Assembly (NCBI RefSeq): GCF_027921745.1 | Contig: NC_079240.1 | Coordinates: 496,001-560,000, forward strand | Direction of reading: 5' to 3' | Origin: Schizosaccharomyces osmophilus | Taxonomy: Eukaryota | DNA length: 64,000 nucleotides | Part shown: positions 51,080 to 63,537 of the stretch, piece after piece | How the letters are laid out: each line of letters begins with the position of its first letter | Numbering within the stretch: the first letter of the stretch is position 1 | Notes under the pieces: generated by a model | The model's input: only the letters and a program-made list of their open reading frames with translations | What the model was told of the DNA's origin: nothing | Database searches by the model: none | Program-made: the position numbers and the translations under genes

Positions 51080-54000
51080 TCAAACGCTGTCGGATTTTAC
51101 GTCCTTCCATATTCGTAAAAGCCATTGATAATTCACTATTTCAGGCTTGATTTGATGACTAAATGTTAGAGTGGGTTTGAAAAAAATAGAAATACCACAT
51201 ACAATTCACAAGCCCGTTGTAGATATGCCATGCGATCTTGGTCATTGCTAAACATAACTATATGTGTTAATTCCTTGGAAGAAAAGGTACTTTGGACAGA
51301 AGCTCCATTCCACGTTAGTATAGTCTCCGCCAATTGATATTGCGACCTTGTAAGAGTAGTATTCTTTGTAGTTTCGAATCCACTGTCGTCCAGGTAAGCA
51401 GATATATGAGAGAGAGGGAATGCTCCAGGAAATGATATTTCCTTCGCTGAAAGTTTCTTTGAACTTAATAAATTTCTTTTGTTGTTCTTCCAATTTGATC
51501 TGCGCACTTCAGTCGATAATTCTGAAAGGCTTAGATTGCTTAGGCTTTCTAAAGCTTTCTCCCAGGAATATTTTGTCTGTTTTTTAAAAAGAAGGCTTCT
51601 CTTGGTTAGATCTAAGAACTGATATTGCGTGTACGTACTATGGTCGTTCAGTAACCTTCTTTCCTTTTATCGTACTGTCGATAATCCATTCAGGTCGGCA
51701 TATTAAACACATTCCTTTTTTCTCTTCGACAAGTACTCGTGCTGAAACTAGCAGATATGAGAAATTAGTTCGAGGGAAATCACTTACTCTTATCCGCTAG
51801 TAATATCATTTGGCCTTCTGGAACAGAACTAACTGTTTGATGAATTGTTCCACCATTGGAAATAATTATGCTTTCCAATTCCTGCTTTGATTTTTCAACC
51901 TTTGACGGAGGAAGGACAACTGCTTGTTAACGAACGTGCAGTATGAATAAATTCTTACCGAAATGTAGACCTTGAAACATGTTAGACAGCAGAGTGGATT
52001 GCTTTATCGGACTACTTATTTGATGCAAAAGTTTTTTCTCTGGCTGTTTCTTTTTGTTGACTTTTCTTTTCTTTTCAACATGACTAAAGCAGTTAGTTAA
52101 TTGTACTAAAAGACGGTCGTGATATCCATACTAGACATCCTTTTCCTGATTTTCAGCAAAATTTTTTAATTGAAAGAATTCGTTTATAGATAGAGCATCT
52201 TCCCAGTTTCGATCCAATCGAATTTTTTCCAGTCTGGGAAATCGCAATGTATACGTTGTTTTAAATCGATCTTAAAAATTAGATTCCAAAAACATATCAT
52301 GCAGAATAACACTTACTAGAAACAACAACCTCGGCAGCTTTAATTTGAAGAACCAATGCATCTTTAGGATGAATCCAAACGTCGGGTTTCTCAAATTCTT
52401 GTCGGCTACCGGCTAATTCAAAAAACTCCAATGCTTCTGAAGACCAGGGCTTCCATTTTCCTTCTGTTTCCTTTCTACACAGATTGATTAGGATCCAAGA
52501 CAGAGTACTTTGGTTTCTTACCGGATAATATCACGGTCGAAGTAAGAAAATCCACCTCCAACACGGACAAACGATTGGAACCTTGAGATTAGACATAATC
52601 TTAAAGTTAGCTTACCTTTGATACGGCTCTTCCCCAGGAGCATGATCAATTCGAAGACCGCATAAAAAAGAAGAAGCCTGCTTAGATTGTTTACCACGTC
52701 CATAGTAGCCACCTACATATTAATAAAAGATCATTTCTTTCGCAAAATTGGCCTACCTAGAATAAGACAATCCAAATCCTAAAATTTCCATCGTTACTAA
52801 AACCTTTTTCTAAAAATCAAACTTACCTCTCCGAATCCTTCCAAGTAGTACGGCTTGACCTTTATCCAATCATCCATTCGTTCTCCTAATCGATAAGTCC
52901 CAGAAGGTTTCTAGATGTTAAATACTTGTTACAAACAGAAAAATCTTACCTTTATTACCAAACCCTCTGATCCCTCAAGTATCGTTTGCCGTAACTCTTT
53001 ATCTATATCGCCAACAGTTTTTCCAATTTTATGAGAAAGAACGCACATTCTTCGGGACTCGCGAACAATCACTTTTTTGAGAATCCTATACCTTGCCTCG
53101 AGCGAGTGCCTAATTAATGACTTTCCATTAAGAAAAAGTATGTCAAACACAATATCTGCAACAATCAGCTAGTTGATATTTCGAGCTTCAAACAATTCTT
53201 ACAATAAGGATAGTATGTGGGATGAGTTGACGAAGAATCAAACGTACTCCTCAAGCTACCATAAGGAATTATGGTCTCTAAAATTGGATCCCAAGTGACC
53301 ATCTCACCATCCAAGATAACTTGAGAGACCCGTTCATCAAAAGCTCCAATAATATACTGCGTAAGCTTTGAGTTTTCATCATGGTATGAGTTGCCGTAAA
53401 CATCTGTATACGTCCTGGCATTTCGACTATAAAACTGAAACTTTCCCGAACTCATATGTAATTGTATGCGTTCTCCATCCATCTTTTCTTCAATCCAAAA
53501 GGGTTCATCGTGCATGGCATCCACGACAAAATCAAGAGTATTTTTTTTGAAATTGGCCAATTGTGGCTGAAAACAACTAAACACTTCAACATCTGTGTCC
53601 AATTCACTTAGACTTTTAGTGGGATCATAAAGTTCCCAAGCAATGCGTTTTAAAGAACTGCAGAGACGATATAAGCGAGCTGCGTCTGGATGAAAAACAC
53701 TCAATATAAACTTTTCTGAGGTTCCATACTTTCTGACTAGAAAAGCAATAAGTTAGCAACCAAGTATTCAGAGGATTGCATACTTTTAAGTAATATAGTA
53801 ATTAGCCAACGCATTTCAAGCGGGCTTAAAGAGTTGTAGAATTTTTCTAGAACGGAACCCCTTTCTTCTCTGATATTTGTTAGAGCCATTTTTTACGATC
53901 ATCGTACTCAGAAGTAGCTTCTGCCAAATGGTCTAATAAATTATTGATATCACCAATTGTGAATGAGCTAGGAAAGGTTCGATAAGCCCGTCTTTCCAAC

Positions 54001-54632
54001 ACATCTAATTAAATAATTAATCCACAGATCTTTATAAGAATTTCAGCAAACCTTGGAGCATCGCAGTAAAATTCCCAACATGCCGGGAACCAGAACTTCG
54101 CCAGTTTCGAAGCGCTTTGGCATCTTCTGAATTTGAGCTTAGGTGCATAGCCTGTTATACGGCTCATTAGAATACTTCTTACGAAAACTTTACGAACCCT
54201 GATGAATAGTTTTCCCAAACCAAATTCTTTGAACCCAAACGAACCTCTTTCTCTGTCCAGCTGCATTTGAGTTAGATGATTATTCTTCCTTGGATCATTT
54301 CGACCAGCCAGTTTTACAATAAATATAGCTGAGCGCACTTACATCAGGCAACACTAGAATCTATTAGCTGACGAATGTCAACATATTCCAAACTTACTTA
54401 GACGTAATAAAGGATATAAATCTTGTCCTACTTGTTGTCGCCATTTGGTGAAATAACTAGAAATGATCTTTCGTTTCTGTTCATAGGGGTCGATTCCCGA
54501 GCTTTTCGACTTTCTAGTTTTTCCTATCTTTTGCAATGGCTCCAACAAATTTATCACAAAATCGTAAAACCTCAATGGCTCAGAATGATTGCGAGGCTTA
54601 ACTATTCCTGTACCTGATTCAAACGAGTCCAT
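51080..54632 (-). CDS. lig4: DNA ligase IV (NHEJ); 19 exons by manual reading
   Basis: EEKMDGER (motif I), [43 protein letters not shown] and C-terminal BRCT-like segments, joined in frame through 18 GT-AG introns. Confidence 0.92.
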
Positions 54633-54847
54633 ACTCTTCCAACATGAATATTGCGAGTTCAAATATTTTTATGTCATAGAAACAAACAAAATTCAAAATG
54701 ACTATATTTACTCGGAAATGTCCAATTAATATCCGCTGGTTTCATATAAAATGTAGCAGGGTTAGAGGTTCCATATTTCAGATACTAAGTCGACGACACC
54801 TTCTTACTGTGAAGGTAAAACCAAGTTATTCGGTTAACTATTCTAAA

Positions 54848-56015
54848 ATGAGTATACTAGACCATACTGAAAAACGAAAAGCTGATGAGCCTAACGAAAA
54901 TGTTCCGCAGAAAACAAAACAGCAATGTTTAGATAAATTCTTCACTGCCAAACCCAAAACACCACAGAAAGCGCCCATTTTAAATTCTAATACTGTTACC
55001 AATGGAAAAAGTATAAAGTTTGACAAAAAAAAATGGGCCGAAGAATTGACAGAGGATCAAAGGAAATTACTACAGTATGTAAATACTATAATGAATATCA
55101 AAAGGCATTGACAAGCAAGGATGTTGTTACTAACTTTTCAATTTACAGACTAGAAATTGAGACCATGGAAGATTCTTGGTTTGAAGCCCTTAAGGATGAA
55201 TTCTTACAGCCATACTTTTTGGACTTGAAGAAATTTCTTCAAAGTGAATGGCAGAAAGAAAGGGTTTTCCCTCCTAAAGAAGATATATATTCTTGGTCGC
55301 ATCATACTCCTCTGTCCAAAGTTCGTGTTATTATATTGGGACAGGATCCTTACCATAACGTTGGGCAAGCTCATGGACTTTGCTTTTCCGTTCGACCAGG
55401 GATTCCTTGTCCGCCTAGCTTACTAAACATATACAAAGCTATCAAAATAGATTACGAAGATTTTCTTATACCAAAGACGGGGTATGTGTAATTCGTGATC
55501 ATTCAGCTGGTCTTTGTTTACTGAGGTAATAGTATTAACAGTTTGATACTAGGTATTTGATACCATGGGCCGATCAAGGTGTGTTGATGCTAAATGCTAG
55601 CTTGACTGTTCGAGCTCATCAAGCTGCATCCCACTCAGGAAAGGGATGGGAACGATTTACAACTACTGCTCTTCAAATTGCTTTAAATAAACACAAACGT
55701 GGAATTGTTGTACTGGCTTGGGGAACGCCCGCCAACAAGCGTCTTCAAGGGCTCCCTTTACAATCACACTGCATACTAAAGAGTGTTCATCCGAGTCCTT
55801 TGTCTGCTCATCGTGGGTTTTTCGAATGTCATCATTTTAAGAAAACAAACGATTGGTTAGCGGAACGTTATGGAAATGAAAATTCTATTAATTGGCATGC
55901 TGTTTCCATTCCCACGCCTTCAAAACCTGAAGCTTCGAGCAAGCCTTTGGATGAATTGGATGAAAATTCATCATTGGTAACTAAAAACTTGAAAACGGAG
56001 GAACAGAAGGCATGA
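54848..56015 (+). CDS. ung1: Uracil-DNA glycosylase (family 1); exons 54848-55074, 55149-55481, 55553-56015
   Basis: GQDPYH, HGLCFS, LMLNASLTV, HPSPLS motifs; PIP-box-like QQCLDKFF near the N-terminus. Confidence 0.95.
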
Positions 56016-56155
56016 AGAAGCTTCAACATGTCTTTCTTACAATACATAACTAAACTTGTTATTTCATTCATTTTTGCTTGTCATCTTTATTTTGCCAAAT
56101 GTTTCACTCTTTTTATTCAAAATCTAAAACATGTTTGTGGTTTGAATGTTGACCC

Positions 56156-56643
56156 TTATTGATATGGAGTTTGATAGGAATAAGAAAATATGTTTCGGTT
56201 TACCATTGAAGTTCGAATAGCGGATTGTATATTTTTTAGCTTTTGCATGCGTCTTTCTTGCATCTTCTCGTGATAATCTAGTTCACGCCGTAACACTTCG
56301 CTCTCTTGTCTCGCTTTGGCGACCATTTCATTTGCTTCAGTAAACAAAGAAACTGAAAGGTCTTCCATTTCCTTTTGGCTTTTTTCCAACTGACTTTCGA
56401 GCTCTTCTCGCCTTTGAACTTCATGAGATAATTGCTCCTTCATCTGGTTCAATGCCATGGAATTTGCTTTGTTCACAGGACTTTTTTGTTTTTCTGGTAC
56501 TAGTTTTTCGTTCACATTCTCTTTATTTGACATTGAAGTAAACAGTTTTGTTATTTCTGCCTTGTTAATACATCTGTCATTTTGTTTGCTTGCTTTGCAA
56601 TCCATCATTCTTTTTTCTTTTACTTACGAGATCCGCTCATCAT
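56156..56643 (-). CDS. spo13: Sporulation-specific Sec2-like Rab GEF Spo13, 138 aa; exons 56643-56628 and 56556-56156
   Basis: Sec2 GEF coiled-coil motif EMEDLSVSLFTEANEMVAKAR. Spliced N-terminus MMSGSQITKLF via intron GTAAGT...TATTAAC...CAG. Confidence 0.88.
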
Positions 56644-56712
56644 AATACTACTTGGTTCATTACAAATAACTTTCGGGGATTCCTCCCAGCATTGTTGTTG
56701 TTTGGTTTGTTT

Positions 56713-56725
56713 GTAAACATAAACA
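56713..56725. promoter_or_regulatory. FLEX-like forkhead (Mei4) site upstream of spo13
   Basis: GTAAACA overlapping ATAAACA about 70 bp upstream of the spo13 ATG; matches the GTAAAYA core of Mei4-regulated middle meiotic genes. Confidence 0.7.
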
Positions 56726-57216
56726 ACCAACTTTTGTTTGACACACATAGTATTAGTAGATACAGTTAGCAAAGAAAGCATGAATAAATGCTAGTCAATA
56801 AAAGTATTTCAAAGCGTTAATTCTTTTACTACTCTTTTTTTCCATTTCTGTATAGCAGATGTGTACGCCCCTTTTGGAGCTGACTTCCATACAATCAGAT
56901 CCTCATTGTTATAATTGGAAGATAATTAATTCATAGAAAGAAGTTAAGTTTCAAAAATACTTCGAAATGCATTCCATGTAATCATCTACGTTTCATGCTC
57001 ATCTTGTTTTCTTTTTGTTTGCTTGTGTGGTATAACGATGAGATTAAATTTGATTTAACGTGGTTTAACAAGACTCTGTGCTTAATGCCCGTCCCTTCCT
57101 CAATATTTTCGCCTTGTAGCTACAAGAGTTTGAAAAATTACCAACAACCTTTTTTGTTGAGTTCTTTCTTCCAGTCGAAATTGTTTGCTAATATCTCCTT
57201 AAATAAAAAAGAGATA

Positions 57217-60200
57217 ATGGCTGGAAATAAGAGAAGGAGGGACACCGTTTCGAATGGCTCCGATAAGCCAGACAATGATAAGTCGTCTCAACAAAATGGA
57301 ACTACTTCGTCTCTTTCTGCTGTGGAATCTTCAGGAGATTTCCCTCGTGGAGGAGGTTCCACATTGACGCCTCTTGAATATAAAGAGGCTGTAACGGAGG
57401 CTAAACGAGAAGCCCTTACGGGTACCGATGAAGCTGAAGTTACTAAGGCTTCAAGCAAGCCATCCAAGAAGAAAAAGAAGAACACTACGAAGGCTACTTC
57501 TTCTAACGAAGATGAACTATCTTCCGTGTCCATCGAAAGCTTAAAATATAAAAGTTTGATACCAGGAACTTTGATTTTGGGACAAGTCTCTCAAATTAAT
57601 ACCTTAGATATTGCTGTTTCCTTGCCTAATGGTCTCAGCGGATATGTGCCCATCACCAGTATATCTGAAAAGCTTTCTCAGCGTCTTGAAAATCTGGACG
57701 ATGCTGCCACCGGTACCGACAGTGAAGCCGTTGATCATCTTGACGAATTTAATAACTTCCCTGATTTAATTGATCTTTATCACGTTGGACAATGGATTCG
57801 TGTATGCGTGACCAAACTTGGTACCGATGATACAAAAAATAACAAAAAGCACGTTGAACTGAGTATGCGCCCTCAAGATGTAAATGGCCCCACAGAAGAA
57901 CCAAATAATTATACTAGTGGGTCGGTGATTCAAGCGGCTGTTTCCAGTGTGGAAGATCACGGTATTGTTTTTGATGTGGGATTGAAAAACTTTAATGGCT
58001 TTCTGTCTAAAAAAAATATTGGAGATTATAAATTCGTAGAAGGCCAGAGTTTGGTTTGTACTGTTTTATCAAAAGATCAACGTACTCTTCACTTAGCTCT
58101 TTCCACCCCTGATTCACCTCCTTTAGATGGTTTACCTTCTGTTCAAGCTATTCTTCCGGGTAACTACATCAATGTATTAATAACAGATCTTAAAGATAAT
58201 GGTGTCGTTGGAAAGTATATGGGCGTGGCTGATGTAACGAGCGATTTGTTCCATTGTTCCGTTAATCAAACAAAGGATTTGGAAAAACAGTTTCACCTTG
58301 CCAAGTCCTCGCCAGCTCGTGTGCTTTTCGTCCTCCCAGGCGATCCTCCAAAGATTGCTGTTTCTTTCTTACCTCATATTTTGAGTTTCAATTTTGATTC
58401 GGCGAAACCTCAAAAACTTGACCAGCTTGATGTTGGATTCATCGTCAATACTGCTAAAGTTACACACGTTAGTCCTTCTCTCGGTGTTTTTTGCGATGTA
58501 GGCATCCCCGGTATCTATGGTTTCACTCACATTTCTCGTTTGTCTGATAAAAAGGTAGCAAATGTTAGCTCAAATAATGGCCCTTATAAAGTAAATAGTG
58601 TCCACCGTGCTCGTGTAACTGGTTATAGTTACGTCGACAACTTGTTCATCTTATCCTTCCAGAATTCCGTTTTAGAGCAACCCTTTTTACGTATTGAGGA
58701 TATAAACGTTGGTCAATATGTGGAGGGCTCTGTACTGAAACTAATTCCACAAGGTATCGTCGTCACTATCGCAGATGGAATCAATGCCTTGGTACCGTCT
58801 TCTCATATGTCAGATATTGCTTTGCAATTCCCTGAGCGACGTTTTAAAGTCGGCACTACTGTCAAGGGTCGTGTGTTAACCACGAATGTTTTGAGAAGAA
58901 GAGTTATTCTCACATTGAAGAAATCACTGTTAAACAGCGACCTACCTCCAATTTGCTCGTTTGAACAAGCAACACCAGGTATTCGTGCTATAGGTGTTCT
59001 TGCTCGTGTGTTAGAAGATGGTGCGATTGTAGAGTTTTACAACAGCGTTCGTGGATTCTTGCCTGTGTCTGAAATGAGTGAAGCTTATATTCGGGATGCG
59101 AGGGAACATTTTAAGATTGGTCAAACTGTTTCTGTGACTATTCTTAGTTGTGAACCATCCGAACGTAAAATGAGAGTTAGTTGTCGTGAACAAAATTGGG
59201 ACGAAAAAAGACTTGAACAATTTGATAGTATTTCCTTGGGTTCTCTTGTTTCCGGTTCCGTGTTACAAAAAACCGAAAATTCTGTTATCGTTGATTTGGG
59301 TAATAAAGTTTCGGGAGTTATTGCTTTAGGTCATTTGTCCGATGGTGACCTTACTAAGTCTACCAAGGTTTTGAACAAACTTCGTGTTTCTACGAAAATA
59401 ACAGATGTACTAGTTCTTCGAAAAGGCCAAGACAAGAGAAATATAACTCTGTCATTAAAGAAGAGCCTTATAAATGCTGCTAAAGAAGAACGCTTCCCCA
59501 AAACTATACAAGAGGTAAAAGAGGGTGTCAAGTATGCTGGCTTTGTTCGCAATACCACTGATTTTGGTGTTTTTGTCGAATTTTGTGATGGCTTGGTAGC
59601 GTTGGTACCTAAAGCTTATCTGTCAGAAGACTATGTTCCTGTGCCAGGCGCCTTATTTAAGCCTCAACAGTCTGTTGAATGTGTTTGCCTTTCTGTAAAT
59701 CTTCAACAAAAGAAAATATTTATGTCATTTAAACCTTTATCTTCTAATAAACAAAGAGTTACTGAAGTTTTGGATAGCAAATATGACATTGAAAAACCTG
59801 TTGACGAATCTATTAAGAAAACTTATGATTATACAGCTGGAAAGGTCACATGGGGTACTATAACTTCTGTCAAAGCGTCTCAGCTTAATGTCGAATTGGC
59901 CGCAAATGTACAGGGTCGCGTTGAAGTTTCTGAAGTATTTGACAAGGCTGAAGATATTGAAAGCCTTAATAAGCCTCTCAAAAATTTCAAGAAAGGTGAT
60001 AAAATTTGTGTCCGTGTTTTAGGTATACACGACTCCAGGCATCATAAGTTCTTACCTATCTCTCATCGTGTTTCTCCTAAGCAATTTTTGGAGTTGAGTG
60101 TGCGCCCTTCTGTCATGAGTATGGAACCCTTTAAGCTTGAGACTCCTACTTTCAAGAAGGGAGACTCGGTCATTGCTTATGTCAATAACATATCTCAGGA

Positions 60201-62289
60201 ATGCGTATGGGTTTCCGTTACTTCAACAATAAATGGAAGGATTATGGCTATGGACTTGGGTTATGATGCAGAAGTGATTAATAGTATACCAAAGCACTTT
60301 TTTGGTGGTAAAGCTTTGAAATGTACAGTAATTGACACTTCAAAAGTTCTCGGTCTTTCCCTTATCAAACCCGTTGACGGTTATGAGTCCGTTAAACCAG
60401 GTGATAAGTTTTCAGGAAGAGTGATGAATGTAAATGAGAGCGGAGCAATCGTTCATCTTCCTGGCCATTTAACTGGACGAGTTTCTCGTTTGGACATGTC
60501 AGATGATTATGATATTGCTCCAAATGAAAAGTTTGTTCGTAACAAATACATATCGGTATATGTTATGAGCGTTGATGTTTCGAATAAGAAAATTGCCCTT
60601 TCCACTCGTGAATCTAGAGTAAATCCACAAAATGCTGAGGTCAAAGATAGAGAGATTAAATCCATCGATGATTTGAAGCCTGGTGATGTCTGTCGTGGGT
60701 TTGTTTCCAACGTGGCTGACCAAGGTCTTTTTGTTTCGTTAGGTCACGATTTGGTTGCTAGAATAAAGATTGCTGAGCTTTTCGATACTTTCATCAAAGA
60801 GTGGAAGACACAATTCCAAGTTAACATGCTGGTGAGAGGAAAAATAATTAGCGTTGATCATGATACCAAGCGTATTGAAATGACGCTAAAACCCAGTAAA
60901 ATAGATGAGTCTTCTTCGATTACCACTGCATTTTCTGATTTACAGGTTGGAAGTAACATTGATGGTACCGTTGCTAAAGTTGAGGATTATGGTCTTCTTA
61001 TCAAAATTGACAGCACAGACGGCATTGTTGGTTTGTGTCATAAATCTGAAGTTGCAGACGCTGTCGTCAATGATATAAGCAGGTTATATAGCGTTGGTGA
61101 TAAAGTTCGTGCTCACGTTTTAGATGTAAATCCTGAAAAACGACGTATATCGTTGGGCCTTAAATCATCTTACTTTGATGCTGATTCAGATGTTGATTTA
61201 TCAGATGAAATTGAAATGAAGTCTGCTGATGAAAGTTCAGATGAAGAAATGGCAGAAGATCAACAATCCGAATCAGAGGCTGACGAAGAATCATCATCTG
61301 AAGAGGAAAATGAGAAACCTGCTCCATTGAATGTTAATGGTTTCGATTGGGGCGACAGCTCTACCGTATTCGACAAACCTGCTCGTGATGTGTCTGAAAG
61401 TGAGAGTGAAGATGATGAAACTCCCAAACGCAAGAAGTCGAAGCCTGACAATTTTAATGACGAAGAGCGTGACTTAGATGAAGCTCCACATGTGCCTGCT
61501 GACTTTGAGCGTCAATTGCTATCATCACCCAATTCTTCCTTTTTGTGGATCAGTTATATGGCTTACCAATTGAATCTTAACGAGATTGAGAAAGCTCGTG
61601 AAATTGGTCAACGTGCCTTGAATACCATCAATTACAGGGAAGAAGAAGAAAAATTGAACGTTTGGATGGCATTACTTAATTTGGAAATTGCCTATGGAAC
61701 AACTGAATCTCTTCAAAACACTTTCAAGGATGCTTGTGCTCACTGTGAACCTTTGGTTGTTTATGAAAAGTTGTGTGGTGTCTTGATAAAAAGCAACAAG
61801 TTGGATTTGGCTAATGAGTATATGGAAGGTATGCTTAAAAACTTCAAGCAAGTTCCTTCCGTGTGGACTCAATATGCTTCTTTCCTCTTAACAAATGGAA
61901 GCGAAGATACGGCAAGAGGTTTACTGCAGCGTAGTTTGCAAAGCTTGCCTAAATCTGAACATGTAAAGATAATTGAAAAGTTCGCTATCCTTGAATTTAA
62001 ACAGGGTGATCCTGAGCGTGGTCGCACCATTTTTGAAGGATTGTTGAGCAACTATCCAAAACGCTTGGACTTGTGGAATGTCTTGATTGACATGGAAGTC
62101 AAGCAAGGTGACACTGCTATCATTCGTCGCCTGTTTGAGCGTGTGCTCGCGTCCAAGCTTTCTACCAAGAAAGCTAAGTTTATTTTTAAGAAATGGTTGA
62201 CTTATGAAAAGGAAATTGGCGACAACAAGGGAGTTGACTCAGTTAAACAAAAAGCCTTAGAGTATGTATCTGGAAATCGGGAGGATTAA
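57217..62289 (+). CDS. rrp5: rRNA biogenesis protein Rrp5 (S1 repeats plus C-terminal TPR/HAT repeats)
   Basis: DFPRGG N-terminal motif, many S1 domains, acidic linker, PNSSFLWISYMAY...EKLNVW HAT repeats. Likely start MAGNKRRR at 57217. Confidence 0.95.
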   Translation: MAGNKRRRDTVSNGSDKPDNDKSSQQNGTTSSLSAVESSGDFPRGGGSTLTPLEYKEAVTEAKREALTGTDEAEVTKASSKPSKKKKKNTTKATSSNEDELSSVSIESLKYKSLIPGTLILGQVSQINTLDIAVSLPNGLSGYVPITSISEKLSQRLENLDDAATGTDSEAVDHLDEFNNFPDLIDLYHVGQWIRVCVTKLGTDDTKNNKKHVELSMRPQDVNGPTEEPNNYTSGSVIQAAVSSVEDHGIVFDVGLKNFNGFLSKKNIGDYKFVEGQSLVCTVLSKDQRTLHLALSTPDSPPLDGLPSVQAILPGNYINVLITDLKDNGVVGKYMGVADVTSDLFHCSVNQTKDLEKQFHLAKSSPARVLFVLPGDPPKIAVSFLPHILSFNFDSAKPQKLDQLDVGFIVNTAKVTHVSPSLGVFCDVGIPGIYGFTHISRLSDKKVANVSSNNGPYKVNSVHRARVTGYSYVDNLFILSFQNSVLEQPFLRIEDINVGQYVEGSVLKLIPQGIVVTIADGINALVPSSHMSDIALQFPERRFKVGTTVKGRVLTTNVLRRRVILTLKKSLLNSDLPPICSFEQATPGIRAIGVLARVLEDGAIVEFYNSVRGFLPVSEMSEAYIRDAREHFKIGQTVSVTILSCEPSERKMRVSCREQNWDEKRLEQFDSISLGSLVSGSVLQKTENSVIVDLGNKVSGVIALGHLSDGDLTKSTKVLNKLRVSTKITDVLVLRKGQDKRNITLSLKKSLINAAKEERFPKTIQEVKEGVKYAGFVRNTTDFGVFVEFCDGLVALVPKAYLSEDYVPVPGALFKPQQSVECVCLSVNLQQKKIFMSFKPLSSNKQRVTEVLDSKYDIEKPVDESIKKTYDYTAGKVTWGTITSVKASQLNVELAANVQGRVEVSEVFDKAEDIESLNKPLKNFKKGDKICVRVLGIHDSRHHKFLPISHRVSPKQFLELSVRPSVMSMEPFKLETPTFKKGDSVIAYVNNISQECVWVSVTSTINGRIMAMDLGYDAEVINSIPKHFFGGKALKCTVIDTSKVLGLSLIKPVDGYESVKPGDKFSGRVMNVNESGAIVHLPGHLTGRVSRLDMSDDYDIAPNEKFVRNKYISVYVMSVDVSNKKIALSTRESRVNPQNAEVKDREIKSIDDLKPGDVCRGFVSNVADQGLFVSLGHDLVARIKIAELFDTFIKEWKTQFQVNMLVRGKIISVDHDTKRIEMTLKPSKIDESSSITTAFSDLQVGSNIDGTVAKVEDYGLLIKIDSTDGIVGLCHKSEVADAVVNDISRLYSVGDKVRAHVLDVNPEKRRISLGLKSSYFDADSDVDLSDEIEMKSADESSDEEMAEDQQSESEADEESSSEEENEKPAPLNVNGFDWGDSSTVFDKPARDVSESESEDDETPKRKKSKPDNFNDEERDLDEAPHVPADFERQLLSSPNSSFLWISYMAYQLNLNEIEKAREIGQRALNTINYREEEEKLNVWMALLNLEIAYGTTESLQNTFKDACAHCEPLVVYEKLCGVLIKSNKLDLANEYMEGMLKNFKQVPSVWTQYASFLLTNGSEDTARGLLQRSLQSLPKSEHVKIIEKFAILEFKQGDPERGRTIFEGLLSNYPKRLDLWNVLIDMEVKQGDTAIIRRLFERVLASKLSTKKAKFIFKKWLTYEKEIGDNKGVDSVKQKALEYVSGNRED

Positions 62290-62773
62290 TCCTTCAATCC
62301 AAATTTTTTATCTGGTTTATCAATGTTGATATGACAATTTCACTTTTTTTTGACGGTTTGTCAAAAGAACTATATTGTATCAGAACAATGAGTGATACAT
62401 TCAATGGCTTTTTTTGTATGGTTTGGTTTTTTGGAATTAATTTCCTGTAGAACGGATGATAGATTGGGGAAATTTATGGTTAAAAATATATCCCTAAAGT
62501 ATTCATTGAAAAAGGTTATTTATCGGATTTAATAAAGATTCTTTCAGGATTAAATTGAAAGGTGAAAAAGTGAATAGCAGAAATATCTTGAAAAAAAGTA
62601 AGTTCATCATACCGAGGGCACGAAAAGCAATACAATACCTACAAATGGTAATTCAATTACAGTCATACATTAAGAAAATACTTGAGAAGTACTTTAGCTT
62701 TTAATCAAGCGAAATTGATTGCATGTAAGAAAATTATACTATAAAGTGAAACACCAACCCCACATGCCATTTT

Positions 62774-63424
62774 TTAGTAGAGTCTGAAAGGCTTACCCAT
62801 GGTAGACTTGATGACCAAGGAACCAATGTTTTGCCAGCCCTTCTTAAGTAAAGAGACCAAGAAGTTAACGGCAAGCATGATGTTAGAGATCAATTGGTCT
62901 TGAGACATCTCAATGTGACCAACGGCAACACCAAGACAAAGAACCTTCTTCAATTGGAACTTGATGGTAGACTTAACTTCGATGATCTTACCGTAGAGAT
63001 CATCGTTGTGAGAGACAGGGGTAGGGAACTTACCAGCCTTGGAGAGACCGGGACCTAACAAACGGGGAATTTGCTTGATGAGGACTTCGGAAGCAACGAA
63101 AGCATCGTACTTCTTAGCCAACTTCTTAACAAGCTTCTTGTTCTTGTTAAGCTTCTTCAAGTCGTCGACGGACATAGCATCAACACCGCCATGCTTAGCA
63201 CGGTCCAAATCGTGGGCATCACCAAGAATGCAGAGAGCCATGTTAGGGCGGGGAACATTGGGCAACTTGATGGTACCAGAGAAACGCTTATCACGCTGGG
63301 GGTCGTAGTTCTTCAAACCAATTTGAAGCTCGACAGTCTCCGTAAAATGGCGTCTCTTCTCTTGAGATCCCTTAAGGATGTGCTCGACATTGGAGCGGAC
63401 CGTCGCAACGCTGACCTTGGACAT
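62774..63424 (-). CDS. rpl101: 60S ribosomal protein L1 (uL1/L10a)
   Basis: [35 protein letters not shown]; strong codon bias. Paralogue assigned by synteny. Confidence 0.95.
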   Translation of the reverse strand: MSKVSVATVRSNVEHILKGSQEKRRHFTETVELQIGLKNYDPQRDKRFSGTIKLPNVPRPNMALCILGDAHDLDRAKHGGVDAMSVDDLKKLNKNKKLVKKLAKKYDAFVASEVLIKQIPRLLGPGLSKAGKFPTPVSHNDDLYGKIIEVKSTIKFQLKKVLCLGVAVGHIEMSQDQLISNIMLAVNFLVSLLKKGWQNIGSLVIKSTMGKPFRLY

Positions 63425-63500
63425 GGTTCAATGTTGGTGTAGTGCGGGTACGTGAATTAGTCGAATAGAAATTTCACCGTTTCTTTGTGGTCCCAAAAGG

Positions 63501-63537
63501 CAGTCACATATGTAGTAGTAACATGTTAGGGTAGGGT
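63501..63537 (-). promoter_or_regulatory. Homol D (CAGTCACA 63501-63508) and Homol E (AGGGTAGGGT 63528-63537) of the rpl1 promoter
   Basis: Exact consensus matches on the + strand, about 80-110 bp upstream of the rpl1 ATG. Confidence 0.9.

Noticed and set aside
56995..57216. 74-codon in-frame extension of rrp5 in the ORF track
   Set aside because: T-rich promoter/UTR-like sequence; the recognisable protein begins at MAGNKRRR (57217).
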